DNA from: Acidobacteriota bacterium
GTDB taxonomy: Bacteria > Acidobacteriota > Thermoanaerobaculia > Thermoanaerobaculales > Thermoanaerobaculaceae
Length of the DNA: 64,000 bases
Reading direction: 5' to 3'
Assembly (NCBI GenBank): GCA_004298115.1
Contig: SCRJ01000117.1
Coordinates: forward strand, 4,696-68,695
Position 1 is the stretch's first letter. Every line of letters starts with the position of its first letter. Made by a program: the position numbers and the translations under genes. Positions 32,254-40,958 of this stretch are shown here, piece by piece. The notes beneath the pieces were generated by a model that worked only from the letters and a program-made list of their open reading frames with translations, did not search any database and was not told the DNA's origin.

Positions 32254-33368
32254 AGATCGGCGTCACGTGTTACCCGACGGTGGGCGGTTCCGGCACGGTC
32301 GCCACCGAGCTCGGCCTCGAGATCGCGCGCCGCGGCCACGAGGTGCACTTCATCTGCTACGCGCTCCCCTACCGGCTCGGGCGCGTGCCGCCCGGCGTCA
32401 CGTTCCACGAGGTGACGATCCCGAACTACCCTCTGTTCTCCTACCCGCCGTACTCGCTGGCGCTCGCCTCGCAGATGGCGGACGCGGTGCGCACCCACGA
32501 GATCGAGCTCCTGCACGTGCACTACGCGATCCCGCACGCGATCTCGGCGTACCTGGCGCGCGAGATCCTGGGCGGCGGTCCGAAGCTCATCGTCACCCTG
32601 CACGGCACCGACATCACCGTGGTCGGCGCCGACCCCTCGTTCCTGCCGATCGTGCGTCTCGGGATCGAGCGCGCCGACGCGGTGACCGCCGTCTCGCAGT
32701 CGCTCGCGGACGAGACGCACGATCTGCTCGGCGTCACCCGCGAGGTCGAGGTGATCCCGAACTTCGTCGACCCCGACCGCTGCGACGCGGACTTCGCCGC
32801 CGCGCACCGGCGCCGCCTCTCGCCCGACGGCGCACCGCTCCTCGTGCACGCCTCCAACTTTCGGCCGGTCAAGCGCATCCTCGACGTGCTCGAGGTCTTC
32901 CGGCGGGTGAACGAGCGCCTCCCGGCGCACCTCGCGATGGTGGGGGACGGCCCCGAGCGGCCGGTCGCGGAGCGCTTCGTCCGCGACACCGGGATTGCGC
33001 ACCGGGTCGAGTTCCTGGGCAACGTCTCCCCGGTCGAGGGGGTGATGGGGGCGGGGGACGTGTTCTTGCTGCCGTCGTCCGAAGAGTCGTTCGGCCTCGC
33101 CGCGCTCGAGGCGATGGCGTGCGGGGTGCCGGTCGTCGCCTCGAACGCCGGCGGCATCCCGGAGGTCGTCGAGAACGGCAACGGCGGATACACCTTCCCG
33201 ATCGGAGACACGGCGGCGATGGCGGCGTGCGTGCTGGGCCTGCTCGCGGACCCGGCCGAGTTGGCGCGCCAGCGCGCGCTCGCGCGCGCCCACGCGGCGG
33301 GGAACTTCAGCACCGCCAAGGTCGTGGACCGCTACGAGGCGCTCTACCGGCGCCTCCTCGGCTGCTGA
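32250..33368 (+). CDS. bshA: N-acetyl-alpha-D-glucosaminyl L-malate synthase (GT4)
   Basis: [22 protein letters not shown]...HVHYAIPHA...[35 protein letters not shown] closely matches the BshA signature. Confidence 0.85.
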   Translation: [372 protein letters not shown]

Positions 33369-33389
33369 CGCGGCGGCGGCGCGCCTGCC

Positions 33390-33418
33390 TTGAAATATTC
33401 GGCGGACCCCGCTACGCT
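33390..33418 (+). promoter_or_regulatory. candidate sigma70 promoter (TTGAAA-17-TACGCT)
   Basis: -35 at 33390-33395, 17-nt spacer, -10 at 33413-33418, inside an unusually AT-rich stretch upstream of the RDD gene. Confidence 0.4.
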
Positions 33419-33470
33419 TTAGACAAAGAAATTGAGACTTTCCGCCGTGGCGGAGAAAAGGAGAACGACG

Positions 33471-33980
33471 ATGGCGGTACCACCCAGTGCGGTTCCCTCT
33501 GCGCCCGCGCCCGCTCCCAGCGCGGCCAAGGCCGATCTTGCCAAGAGGTTCATCGCGGTGCTCATCGACGGCATCATCATCGGCATCGCCGGGATGATCG
33601 TCGGTTTCGTCCCGTTCATCGGCGGGCCGATCGCGGGCATCCTGGTCGGCGGCTACTGGCTGATGCGCGACGGCCTCGACCTCGAGTTCGCCGACAAGCG
33701 CTCGATCGGCAAGAAGGTCATGAAGCTGCGGGCGGTGCGTCTGGACGGCCAGCCGATGGACCAGAACACCTCGATGAAGCGCAACTTCCCGCTCGCGATC
33801 TACGCGATCGGCTACTTCCTCTGGATCGTGCCCGTGGCCGGGCACCTGGTCTCGATCCCGATCTTCATGATCGGCGGCTTGATCAACCTCATGGAGGCGA
33901 TCCTGGTGCTCACCGACGCCGAGGGCCGGCGCTGGGGGGACAAGATGGCCGGGACCAAGGTCATCGAGGTGGCGAGCTAG
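33471..33980 (+). CDS. RDD family membrane protein
   Basis: ATG 33471 after AAAGGAGA. Contains KRFIAVLIDGIII..., TM helices and the R..D..D pattern (WLMRDGLDLEFADKRSIGKK). Confidence 0.7.
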   Translation: MAVPPSAVPSAPAPAPSAAKADLAKRFIAVLIDGIIIGIAGMIVGFVPFIGGPIAGILVGGYWLMRDGLDLEFADKRSIGKKVMKLRAVRLDGQPMDQNTSMKRNFPLAIYAIGYFLWIVPVAGHLVSIPIFMIGGLINLMEAILVLTDAEGRRWGDKMAGTKVIEVAS

Positions 33981-34007
33981 ACGCCGGCGCCGCGGCGCAA
34001 GATCCCG

Positions 34008-34031
34008 GGGGCGGCCCGGCCGGGCCGCCCC
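34008..34031 (+). terminator. GC-rich hairpin after the RDD gene
   Basis: Stem ggggcggccc/gggccgcccc (10 bp, 4-nt loop). No T-tract. Confidence 0.4.
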
Positions 34032-34261
34032 TGCTCGTCCCACCGAGTCGCGTTGCCCTGTGGGGAGGACCGAGTCGGAGCGCACCGGTTGGGTTTTGGC
34101 CCCTGCTACAATCAACGAGTGGCGGTCCGCGGGGGGAGGGACCGTCCTGACGAACATACGGCGCCCGCTCGTTGCCACGCTGGGCGCCGTCAGGCCGACC
34201 CGATCCCGGGATGCCTCGGCTGTGGCTCACGGGCCCACGCCGGGCCGAACGGAGGTGCGCG

Positions 34262-35686
34262 GTGCAGAATCCGTTGATCATCCAGGGAGGCATGGGGGCG
34301 GGTGTCTCCAACTGGGTGCTGGCCAAAGCGGTGTCCCAGTGTGGCCAACAGGGGGTCGTCTCGGGCACGGGCATCGAGGCGATCATGGCGGGACGGCTGC
34401 GCGCCGGCGACGAAGGCGGACACGTGCGCCGCGCCCTCGCGGCGTTTCCCGATCAACGGGTCGCGGACCGGATCGTCGCCAGGTACCTGTCGACCGGGCA
34501 TGGCGCCGGCGCACCTTTCCCCAGGCAGCACCGCCTCGACGACCCGGACGAGCTCGTGCAGGAGACCATCGCCGCGACGTTCGTCGAGGTGTTCCTCGCC
34601 AAGCAGGGACACGGCCGGCCGGTCGGCATCAACCTGCTGACCAAGATCCAGATCCCGGTCCTGGCAAGCCTCTACGGCGCGATGCTGGCCGACGTCGACC
34701 TCGTGATCATGGGGGCGGGGATTCCGCGCGAGGTCCCTGCCATCCTCGATCGGCTGAGCCGCGGCGAGGACGTCTCGATGGCGCTCGTCGTCGAGGGCGC
34801 GGGCCCGCTCGACGACTTCCGCGCCCACCTGTCGCCCGCCCACATCCTGGTCGGCGCGCCGCGGGAGCTGCGGCGGCCCGCCTTCTACCCCATCGTCGCC
34901 TCCAACGTCCTCGCGACCACGATGACGAGGAAGGCCTCCGGGAGGATCGACGGGCTCATCGTCGAGGGTCCGGTGGCGGGCGGCCACAACGCGCCCCCGC
35001 GCGGCGGCGCGGCGCTCGAACCCGGGCAGGAGCCGGTGTACGGCCCCAGGGACGAGGTCGACCTGCGGAAGATCGCCGACCTCGGGTTGCCGTTCTACCT
35101 GGCCGGAGGGTTCGGAGAGGCGGGCCGGCTGCGCGACGCGCTCGCGCGCGGCGCGGCCGGCATCCAGGTGGGAACCGCGTTCGCGTTCTGCCGGGAATCG
35201 GGTCTGGTGCTGTCGATCAAGCTCGCGGCGCTGCGCAAGGCCGTCGAGGGGATCGGCAGGGTCGTCACCGACGCGCTCGCCTCGCCGACGGGGTTCCCCT
35301 TCAAGGTCCTCAACCTCGAGGGCACGCTCTCCGAGCTGACCGAGTACCTCAGGCGGCCGCGGGCCTGCAACCTCGGGTTCCTCCGTCACATCTACAAGCG
35401 CGAGGACGGTCAGATCGGCTACCGCTGCCCGGCCGAGCCCGAGGCGGCGTGGCGGGCCAAGGGGGGAGACCCGGCCGAGACCGAAGGCCGCAAGTGCCTG
35501 TGCAACGCCCTCCTCGCCAACGTCGGCGTGGGTCGCACGCTGACGGGCGGCGACCTCGAGAAACCGCTGGTGACCGTCGGCGCTTGCTTCAACCAACTCC
35601 GCGAGCTGGTGCAGCGCTGGGGTGAGAACTACTCGGCGGCCAACGTCCTCGAGTTCCTGCTCGCCGACGCGATTCCGCAGCACTGA
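34262..35686 (+). CDS. nitronate monooxygenase / 2-nitropropane dioxygenase-like FMN oxidoreductase
   Basis: GTG 34262 eight nt after GGAGG. IIQGGMGAGVS N-terminus and GLIVEGPVAGGHN, AGGFG motifs are typical of the NMO (NPD) family. Confidence 0.7.
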   Translation: MQNPLIIQGGMGAGVSNWVLAKAVSQCGQQGVVSGTGIEAIMAGRLRAGDEGGHVRRALAAFPDQRVADRIVARYLSTGHGAGAPFPRQHRLDDPDELVQETIAATFVEVFLAKQGHGRPVGINLLTKIQIPVLASLYGAMLADVDLVIMGAGIPREVPAILDRLSRGEDVSMALVVEGAGPLDDFRAHLSPAHILVGAPRELRRPAFYPIVASNVLATTMTRKASGRIDGLIVEGPVAGGHNAPPRGGAALEPGQEPVYGPRDEVDLRKIADLGLPFYLAGGFGEAGRLRDALARGAAGIQVGTAFAFCRESGLVLSIKLAALRKAVEGIGRVVTDALASPTGFPFKVLNLEGTLSELTEYLRRPRACNLGFLRHIYKREDGQIGYRCPAEPEAAWRAKGGDPAETEGRKCLCNALLANVGVGRTLTGGDLEKPLVTVGACFNQLRELVQRWGENYSAANVLEFLLADAIPQH

Positions 35687-35798
35687 CGGCGATTCACCGG
35701 CCGTCGTCGAACGATCTGCGTCATCGTGAGGCCGCCAAGCGCGGCGCAGCGGGCGAGCCCACTCGCGCCCGACCGCGCTGCCGCCGCGCCGGCCGAGG

Positions 35799-36776
35799 TC
35801 AGGCGGTCCGGCGGATCGCCATGACGGTGAGGTCGTCCCGCTTTGGGGCGCCGGCGAGGTGTGAGGCGAGGTCTTCGAGGCAGGTGCTCACGACCGCCGC
35901 GGCCCCCAGCCCGCGCGTGGCCGCCAGGGTGCGGGCGAGGCGGTCGGTTCCGTACTCGGCGTCGGCGTGGTTGCGCGCCTCGGTCAAGCCGTCGGTGTAG
36001 AGCACGAGGGCGTCGCCGGTGTCCAGCTTCACCCCGCGTGAACCGTACGCCGCCGAGAAGAACGTGCCCACCGGGAGCCCGGTCGGCGCCACGGTCTCGA
36101 CGCCCCGCGCGGAGAGCACGAACGGCGGGCAATGGCCGGCGTTGCAGAGATCGACCTCGCCCGTGGACGAGACCCGCCCGCACACCAGCGTCGCGAAGTA
36201 GGGCGAGGGCGTGCTCTCGCGAAAGACGCGGTTGGCGCGCTCGACGAGGTGGCCGACCGTCGGGGCGCCGAGCACCAGGGTGCGAAACGTCGCGTGCAGG
36301 TGCGACATCAGGATCGCCGCCGCGACCCCCTTCCCCGACACGTCGCCGAACATGACGTAGAGGTCGCCGTCCTGGCGGACGACGTCGCACCAGTCGCCGC
36401 TCACCAGACCGGCCGGCTCCCAGTGGTAGCTGATCTCCCACCCTGGCGCCGCGAGGTCGCGCTCCGGCAGGAGCGAACGCTGGATGCGCGCGGCGGTCTG
36501 CAGGTCCTGCTCGAGCGCCCGCTGCTCGGGAGCGCTGAGATGGTCGAGGCAGAAACGCAGCAGCGGGTCGGCCAGCAGCCGCTCCGGCTCGACCGGGTCG
36601 TGGCACACCTCGCACAGGCCGTACGTCCCCGCGCCGATGCGCGCCAGCGCGGCGTCGACCTCCGTGAGCAGCCGATCGACGTCCGGTCCGGCCGCGGGCG
36701 TCTCGCGGACCGCCTCGAGCTTCGAGCGGCGCTCGCGCAACTCCCGCTCGATGACCTCGCTCGGAACCGTGGCCAT
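35799..36776 (-). CDS. DksA/TraR-type zinc finger fused to PP2C (SpoIIE-family) phosphatase
   Basis: N-terminal coiled coil plus CEVC-x17-CLDH (DksA spacing CxxC-x17-CxxC/H). Then IQRSLLP...SGDWCDV...GDVSGKGVAAA...LYTDGLTEA...DDLTVMAIRR. Confidence 0.75.
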   Translation of the reverse strand: MATVPSEVIERELRERRSKLEAVRETPAAGPDVDRLLTEVDAALARIGAGTYGLCEVCHDPVEPERLLADPLLRFCLDHLSAPEQRALEQDLQTAARIQRSLLPERDLAAPGWEISYHWEPAGLVSGDWCDVVRQDGDLYVMFGDVSGKGVAAAILMSHLHATFRTLVLGAPTVGHLVERANRVFRESTPSPYFATLVCGRVSSTGEVDLCNAGHCPPFVLSARGVETVAPTGLPVGTFFSAAYGSRGVKLDTGDALVLYTDGLTEARNHADAEYGTDRLARTLAATRGLGAAAVVSTCLEDLASHLAGAPKRDDLTVMAIRRTA

Positions 36777-36867
36777 GCCGACCTCCTCGTCCTCGCCGTT
36801 TCTACGGCCAGGGACTGAGATTGTTTCGCGCCGGCCGACCCGGGGTCGAGCTCGGCGCGCGAACGAG

Positions 36868-38043
36868 CTACGGCAGGCGCGCGCCGGTCAGCGCCCAGCT
36901 CTTGCTGCCGCTGCAACCGGGCACGCCGGTGACCGTCACCGTGGCGTTGCCCGAGACCGTGCCGGCCACCGTGATCGTGCCGTTCACCTGCAGCGTGACG
37001 CCGAGGCCGGTGTTGCTCACGACGAAGTTGAAGTTGCCGGCGTCGTCGTAGGCCACCGGCGTCGCCAACGGCCCGGCCAGGCGCAGCACCTGGAAGTTCG
37101 AGCACGCGGGCACGTCGGCGTCGGTGAACAGGATCGTGGCGTCGAGCGCCGTCACCGCGCCCTGATCCACCGTCAGGGTGAGCGGGGTCTGGTAGTCGGT
37201 CCGAGCCAGCGCGCACAGGTAGGCGCCGGTGCGCCCGCCGCCCGCCATCTCGACGGTCGAGGGATCGCCGGTGACGTTGTCGATGCGGGAACCGGCGGCG
37301 ATCAGGCGGCCGCTGCCGCCCGTGACCCGAATCCGGATGCGCTGGTTGGCGCCGGTCGGCGGTGAGAACTTCGTCAGCACGAGGTCGAACTGCCGCACCT
37401 CCCAGGGGCCGAGCGGGGCGCACGACGGGTTGCTGCCGTCGCAGGCGAGGCTCCCGACCACCGTTCCGTCGGGGCCGACCCGGTCGAGGACGAAGTCGAC
37501 CGTGTTGCCGGTGGTCTCGACGAGGGCGAGGTTGGAACGCCAGGCGCCGGTGTCGGCGGCGGCGTCCTGGTCGAGGCCGATGACGTCGGTGGCGTCGCCG
37601 GCGCCGACCGCGAGCGCGGCGGGGACGCCGCCGAAGAACTGGCCGGATGTGGCGGTGCCCTTGGCGGTCGTGACGTTGGCGTTGTAGCTGCGCGCGGTCA
37701 CCACGACGGGGCTCGAGGAGACGACCCGGATGCCGCCGGCGGCGTTGGTCAGCTGGAACAAGCCGGCCCCGATGATGTCCTCCAAATACCGCGTCTCTCC
37801 CGGCTGGACCGTGATGCGCTGCGAGACGGGGTTCGGGTTGGCCTGGCGCAGCAGCAGGTCGATGTCCACCGTCGCCGGCCGGTCGGCGGCGGGGTTGTAG
37901 ATCCACACGTCGCCGCGCCACCGGGCGTCGCCGAACCCGTTGATGTGCGCCAGCGCGGGGACGAACTGGTCGGTCGCGGGCATCACCGCCAGCGCGCTCG
38001 CAGAGGTGAGCAACGCGCCAAACGCCAGGCCCCAACTCTTCAT
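36868..38043 (-). CDS. secreted hypothetical protein, paralog B of an uncharacterised family
   Basis: ATG 38043 after GGAGGGAGG. Signal peptide MKSWGLAFGALLTSASALA. About half of the N-terminal 280 aa is identical by eye to the upstream paralog. I recognise no domain. Confidence 0.75.
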   Translation of the reverse strand: MKSWGLAFGALLTSASALAVMPATDQFVPALAHINGFGDARWRGDVWIYNPAADRPATVDIDLLLRQANPNPVSQRITVQPGETRYLEDIIGAGLFQLTNAAGGIRVVSSSPVVVTARSYNANVTTAKGTATSGQFFGGVPAALAVGAGDATDVIGLDQDAAADTGAWRSNLALVETTGNTVDFVLDRVGPDGTVVGSLACDGSNPSCAPLGPWEVRQFDLVLTKFSPPTGANQRIRIRVTGGSGRLIAAGSRIDNVTGDPSTVEMAGGGRTGAYLCALARTDYQTPLTLTVDQGAVTALDATILFTDADVPACSNFQVLRLAGPLATPVAYDDAGNFNFVVSNTGLGVTLQVNGTITVAGTVSGNATVTVTGVPGCSGSKSWALTGARLP

Positions 38044-38085
38044 GTCGCCTCCCTCCCCGGGCGGCGGTCCGCCCGGACGCAACCG

Positions 38086-38114
38086 CGCCCGCCGGCAACC
38101 TCGGCCGGCGGGCG
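38086..38114 (-). other. intercistronic hairpin between the two paralogs
   Basis: Perfect 11-bp stem cgcccgccggc/gccggcgggcg with a 7-nt loop. No strong U-tract. Possible attenuator or RNA-stability element. Confidence 0.35.
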
Positions 38115-38166
38115 CGTCGAGCTCATCGCCGGGGACCCCGAAGGAACAGGCCCCGTTCGTCCCGCT

Positions 38167-39387
38167 CTACGAGTTGCCGCCGGTCCACGCGGCGCGCCAC
38201 TGGCGGGTGACGCCGAGGACGTTGCAGGTCGTGTAGTTGTAGCCGCCCACGTTCGCCCCGTTGGTCGTGTCGCTCGTGAGCGTGCCGCTCCACGTGCCGT
38301 CGGCGGCCCGCGCCCCGGCGAGCGTCCAGTTCGTGGTGAACAGGTTGTTGGTGCCGTCGGAGTAATTGATGCTCACCGAGGTGGTGAAGGTCCCGTCGGG
38401 GGCGACGGCGACGTTGCTGCCGCCGGTCGGCGAGAAGTCCAGCGTGAAGCTGTCGCTCCCGCACGGGATCCCGGCCACGCCCTGGAAGTCGGTGAGGACG
38501 CCGCCGCCGATGACGAGCTGGAGGCCGCCGTCGACGGTGGTGCCGTTGCTGGCGCTGAGCACGATCCCCTCGAACTGGCCCGACTGGTGGATGGCGACCA
38601 TGTCGATCGTCGAAGGGTCGCCCGTGCGGTTGTCGATCCGCGAGCCGACCGCGATCATCCGACCCGTGCCGCCGGTGACGACGACGCGGACGCGGTCGTT
38701 GGTCCCGGTCGCGCCGGTCACGTCGGTGATGACGTAGTTGATCTGGCCGACCTCGCGGGCCCCCAGGCTGTACGACTTGGTCCCCACGAGGCTGCCGGAA
38801 CTGTTGTAGATCTGGAGGTTGTAGTTGACCGGGTTCCCCGTCGTCTCGACCACCGCGAGGTTGGAGCGGAAGGTGCCTGCGGTGCCGGTGCCGTCCTGGT
38901 CGAAGCCGGGCAGGTCGCTTGCCTCCCCCAGCTGGAGGGCGAGGTTCGCCGGCAGCGCGGCGAAGAACTGGCCCGCCGTTCCCTGGACCTTGTTGACCAC
39001 GGTCACGTTGGCGTCGTAGCTCTCGGCGGTGACGAGCACCGGGATGCTGGAGAGCAGGCGCAGGCCGGCGAACAGGTTGTCGTAGCCGAAGGTGCCGTAG
39101 ATCACGTCCTGCAGGTAGCGGGTGTCGCCCGGATCCACCGTGATCACGCGCGACTCGGGCGAAGGGTTCGCCTGCCGGCGCAGGAGGAAGATGGTCACCG
39201 TCGCGGATTGGGTGCTGGACGGGTTGAAGATCCACACGTCGCCGCGCCACCAGGGGCGCACGCCGTTGACGTCGGCGGCGCCGAACGCATGGCCGAGCGC
39301 GGGGAGGTACTGGTCGGTGGCCGGCACGGTCGCCAGGGCCGCTCCCGCCACCATGGCGGCGCACAAGCTCATGAGCACTCTCTTCAT
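38167..39387 (-). CDS. secreted hypothetical protein, paralog A of an uncharacterised family
   Basis: ATG 39387 after AGGGGGA. Signal peptide MKRVLMSLCAAMVAGAALA. Shares the motifs ATDQ[YF].PAL.H, WRGDVWI.NP, RQANP.P, ITV.PG.TRYL, RSNLA.VETTGN, VTGG.GR.IA.GSRIDN.TGDPST with paralog B. Confidence 0.75.
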   Translation of the reverse strand: MKRVLMSLCAAMVAGAALATVPATDQYLPALGHAFGAADVNGVRPWWRGDVWIFNPSSTQSATVTIFLLRRQANPSPESRVITVDPGDTRYLQDVIYGTFGYDNLFAGLRLLSSIPVLVTAESYDANVTVVNKVQGTAGQFFAALPANLALQLGEASDLPGFDQDGTGTAGTFRSNLAVVETTGNPVNYNLQIYNSSGSLVGTKSYSLGAREVGQINYVITDVTGATGTNDRVRVVVTGGTGRMIAVGSRIDNRTGDPSTIDMVAIHQSGQFEGIVLSASNGTTVDGGLQLVIGGGVLTDFQGVAGIPCGSDSFTLDFSPTGGSNVAVAPDGTFTTSVSINYSDGTNNLFTTNWTLAGARAADGTWSGTLTSDTTNGANVGGYNYTTCNVLGVTRQWRAAWTGGNS

Positions 39388-39630
39388 GGCATCCCCCTGA
39401 CTGGGCGAATTCTAACAGACGGGCGCGCATTCCCAGGTTGCACGCCGCATCACTTATTGTACAGACCGACCGCCGGCCGAAATGTTGACGGGGATCACAT
39501 CGCAGGTGGGGCGGCGTGCGGGGGCGAGCGCGGCCGGGGTCAGCTCAGGCCCGGGGCCGAACGGGGACGGCGGCGCGGCGGGATCGCGCGGCCGAAGCGC
39601 CGGGCGCCGCGGGGACGCGAGCCGGGCGTG

Positions 39631-39659
39631 AAACACCAAGGGGGTCCGTCGGGACCCCC
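39631..39659 (-). terminator. terminator downstream of tRNA-Leu
   Basis: 8-bp stem gggggtcc/ggaccccc (39640-39647 / 39652-39659), 4-nt loop. On the minus strand it is followed by TTGGTGTTT. Confidence 0.55.
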
Positions 39660-39674
39660 TCGTCGAAAGCCAAA

Positions 39675-39759
<85 letters not shown>

Positions 39760-39787
39760 ACGGTCCATTCGTATCACTCCGAACCGC

Positions 39788-40183
39788 TCACTTGCCGGTC
39801 GGCGCCGGGGCCGGGGAGGCCGGCTGCGGGTTCGTCGCCGGCGCCGGTGCCACCGGCTGCGGGTTCGTCGCGGGCCCCGGTGCCGACGGCTGCACCGGGG
39901 CCGGGGCGGTCGCCGCCGCCTTGCCCTTGACCCCCGCCGTCACGGAGCGTCCGCGACGGGCGGTGAGCACCGAGATGCCGATGCAGAGCACGACGAACAG
40001 CACGAACGAGCCGGTGGTCAGCTTGTGCATCAGCGTGGCCGTGCCGCGCGGCCCGAACGAGGCCTGCGAGCTGGAACCGCCGAACGCCGCCGCCACGTCC
40101 GCCCCCTTGCCCTGCTGCAGCAGCACGACGAGGATCAGGAAGATGCAGACGACGATGAAGAGGATGATCAAAAGGGTATACAC
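39788..40183 (-). CDS. secG: preprotein translocase subunit SecG with Pro/Ala-rich C-terminal extension
   Basis: GTG 40183 after GGAGGAG. LLIILFIVVCIFLILVVLLQQGKGADVAAAFGG is the SecG signature. The 131 aa include a repetitive tail. Confidence 0.8.
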   Translation of the reverse strand: MYTLLIILFIVVCIFLILVVLLQQGKGADVAAAFGGSSSQASFGPRGTATLMHKLTTGSFVLFVVLCIGISVLTARRGRSVTAGVKGKAAATAPAPVQPSAPGPATNPQPVAPAPATNPQPASPAPAPTGK

Positions 40184-40190
40184 GAGATGC

Positions 40191-40958
40191 TCACTCCTCC
40201 GCCCCGCGGCGCTCACCGGGAGCAGCGTGGATGATAGCCCAAAATCCTTCGGCGTCAAGGCTTGCCCCTCCGACCAGGGCGCCGTCCACGTCCCGTTCGC
40301 CGAGCAACTGGGCGGCGTTGTCGGGCTTGACGCTGCCGCCGTAGAGGATCCGCAGACCGGCCGAGGCGGACTCCCCGAGCATCTCCCCGGCGCGGCGGCG
40401 CAGTGCGGCGTGCGCCTCCTGCGCCTGGGTTGCGGTGGCGGTCTTCCCCGTCCCGATCGCCCAGATCGGCTCGTACGCGAGCGCGAGGTGCGCCGGGTCG
40501 AGCCCGTCGATCGCGGTGCTCTGCCGTTCCAGCACGGCGAGCGTCTCGCCGGCCTCGCGCTGCTCGAGCGTCTCGCCGACGCAGAAGATCACGTCGAGGC
40601 CGGCACGCTGCGCCGCCCGAGCGCGGGCGCCGGCGGTGGCGTCGCTCTCGCCGAAGTACTGCCGCCGCTCCGAGTGGCCGGCGATCACCCAGCGCACCCC
40701 GAGCTCGGCGAGCATCGCGGGCGCGACCTCACCGGTGAACGCGCCCGCGTCCTCCCAGTGGCAGTTCTGGGCGCCGATCGCGACCTCGGAGCCGGTGGCG
40801 ATCAACACGGCCGCGGGGAGCAGCGTGAACGGCGGGCAGACGACGACCTCGGGGCCGGACCCGGCCACCCGTTCCACCAGGGCCTCGAGGTACGCCTGCA
40901 CCGACGCGACCGTCCCGTGCATCTTCCAGTTGGCGGCGATGAGCGGCCGGCGGCTCAC
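40191..40958 (-). CDS. tpiA: triose-phosphate isomerase
   Basis: IAANWKMHG, AYEPIWAIGTG and YGGSV motifs. GTGA overlap with pgk. Confidence 0.95.
   Translation of the reverse strand: MSRRPLIAANWKMHGTVASVQAYLEALVERVAGSGPEVVVCPPFTLLPAAVLIATGSEVAIGAQNCHWEDAGAFTGEVAPAMLAELGVRWVIAGHSERRQYFGESDATAGARARAAQRAGLDVIFCVGETLEQREAGETLAVLERQSTAIDGLDPAHLALAYEPIWAIGTGKTATATQAQEAHAALRRRAGEMLGESASAGLRILYGGSVKPDNAAQLLGERDVDGALVGGASLDAEGFWAIIHAAPGERRGAEE

Noticed and set aside
39485-39490. TTGACG -35-like hexamer on the plus strand in the AT-richer spacer 39400-39490
   Set aside because: Nothing is encoded downstream on the plus strand; the tRNA and secG are on the minus strand. On the minus strand a TACAAT (complement of ~39454-39459) could serve paralog A, but it lacks a convincing -35, so I report no promoter feature.
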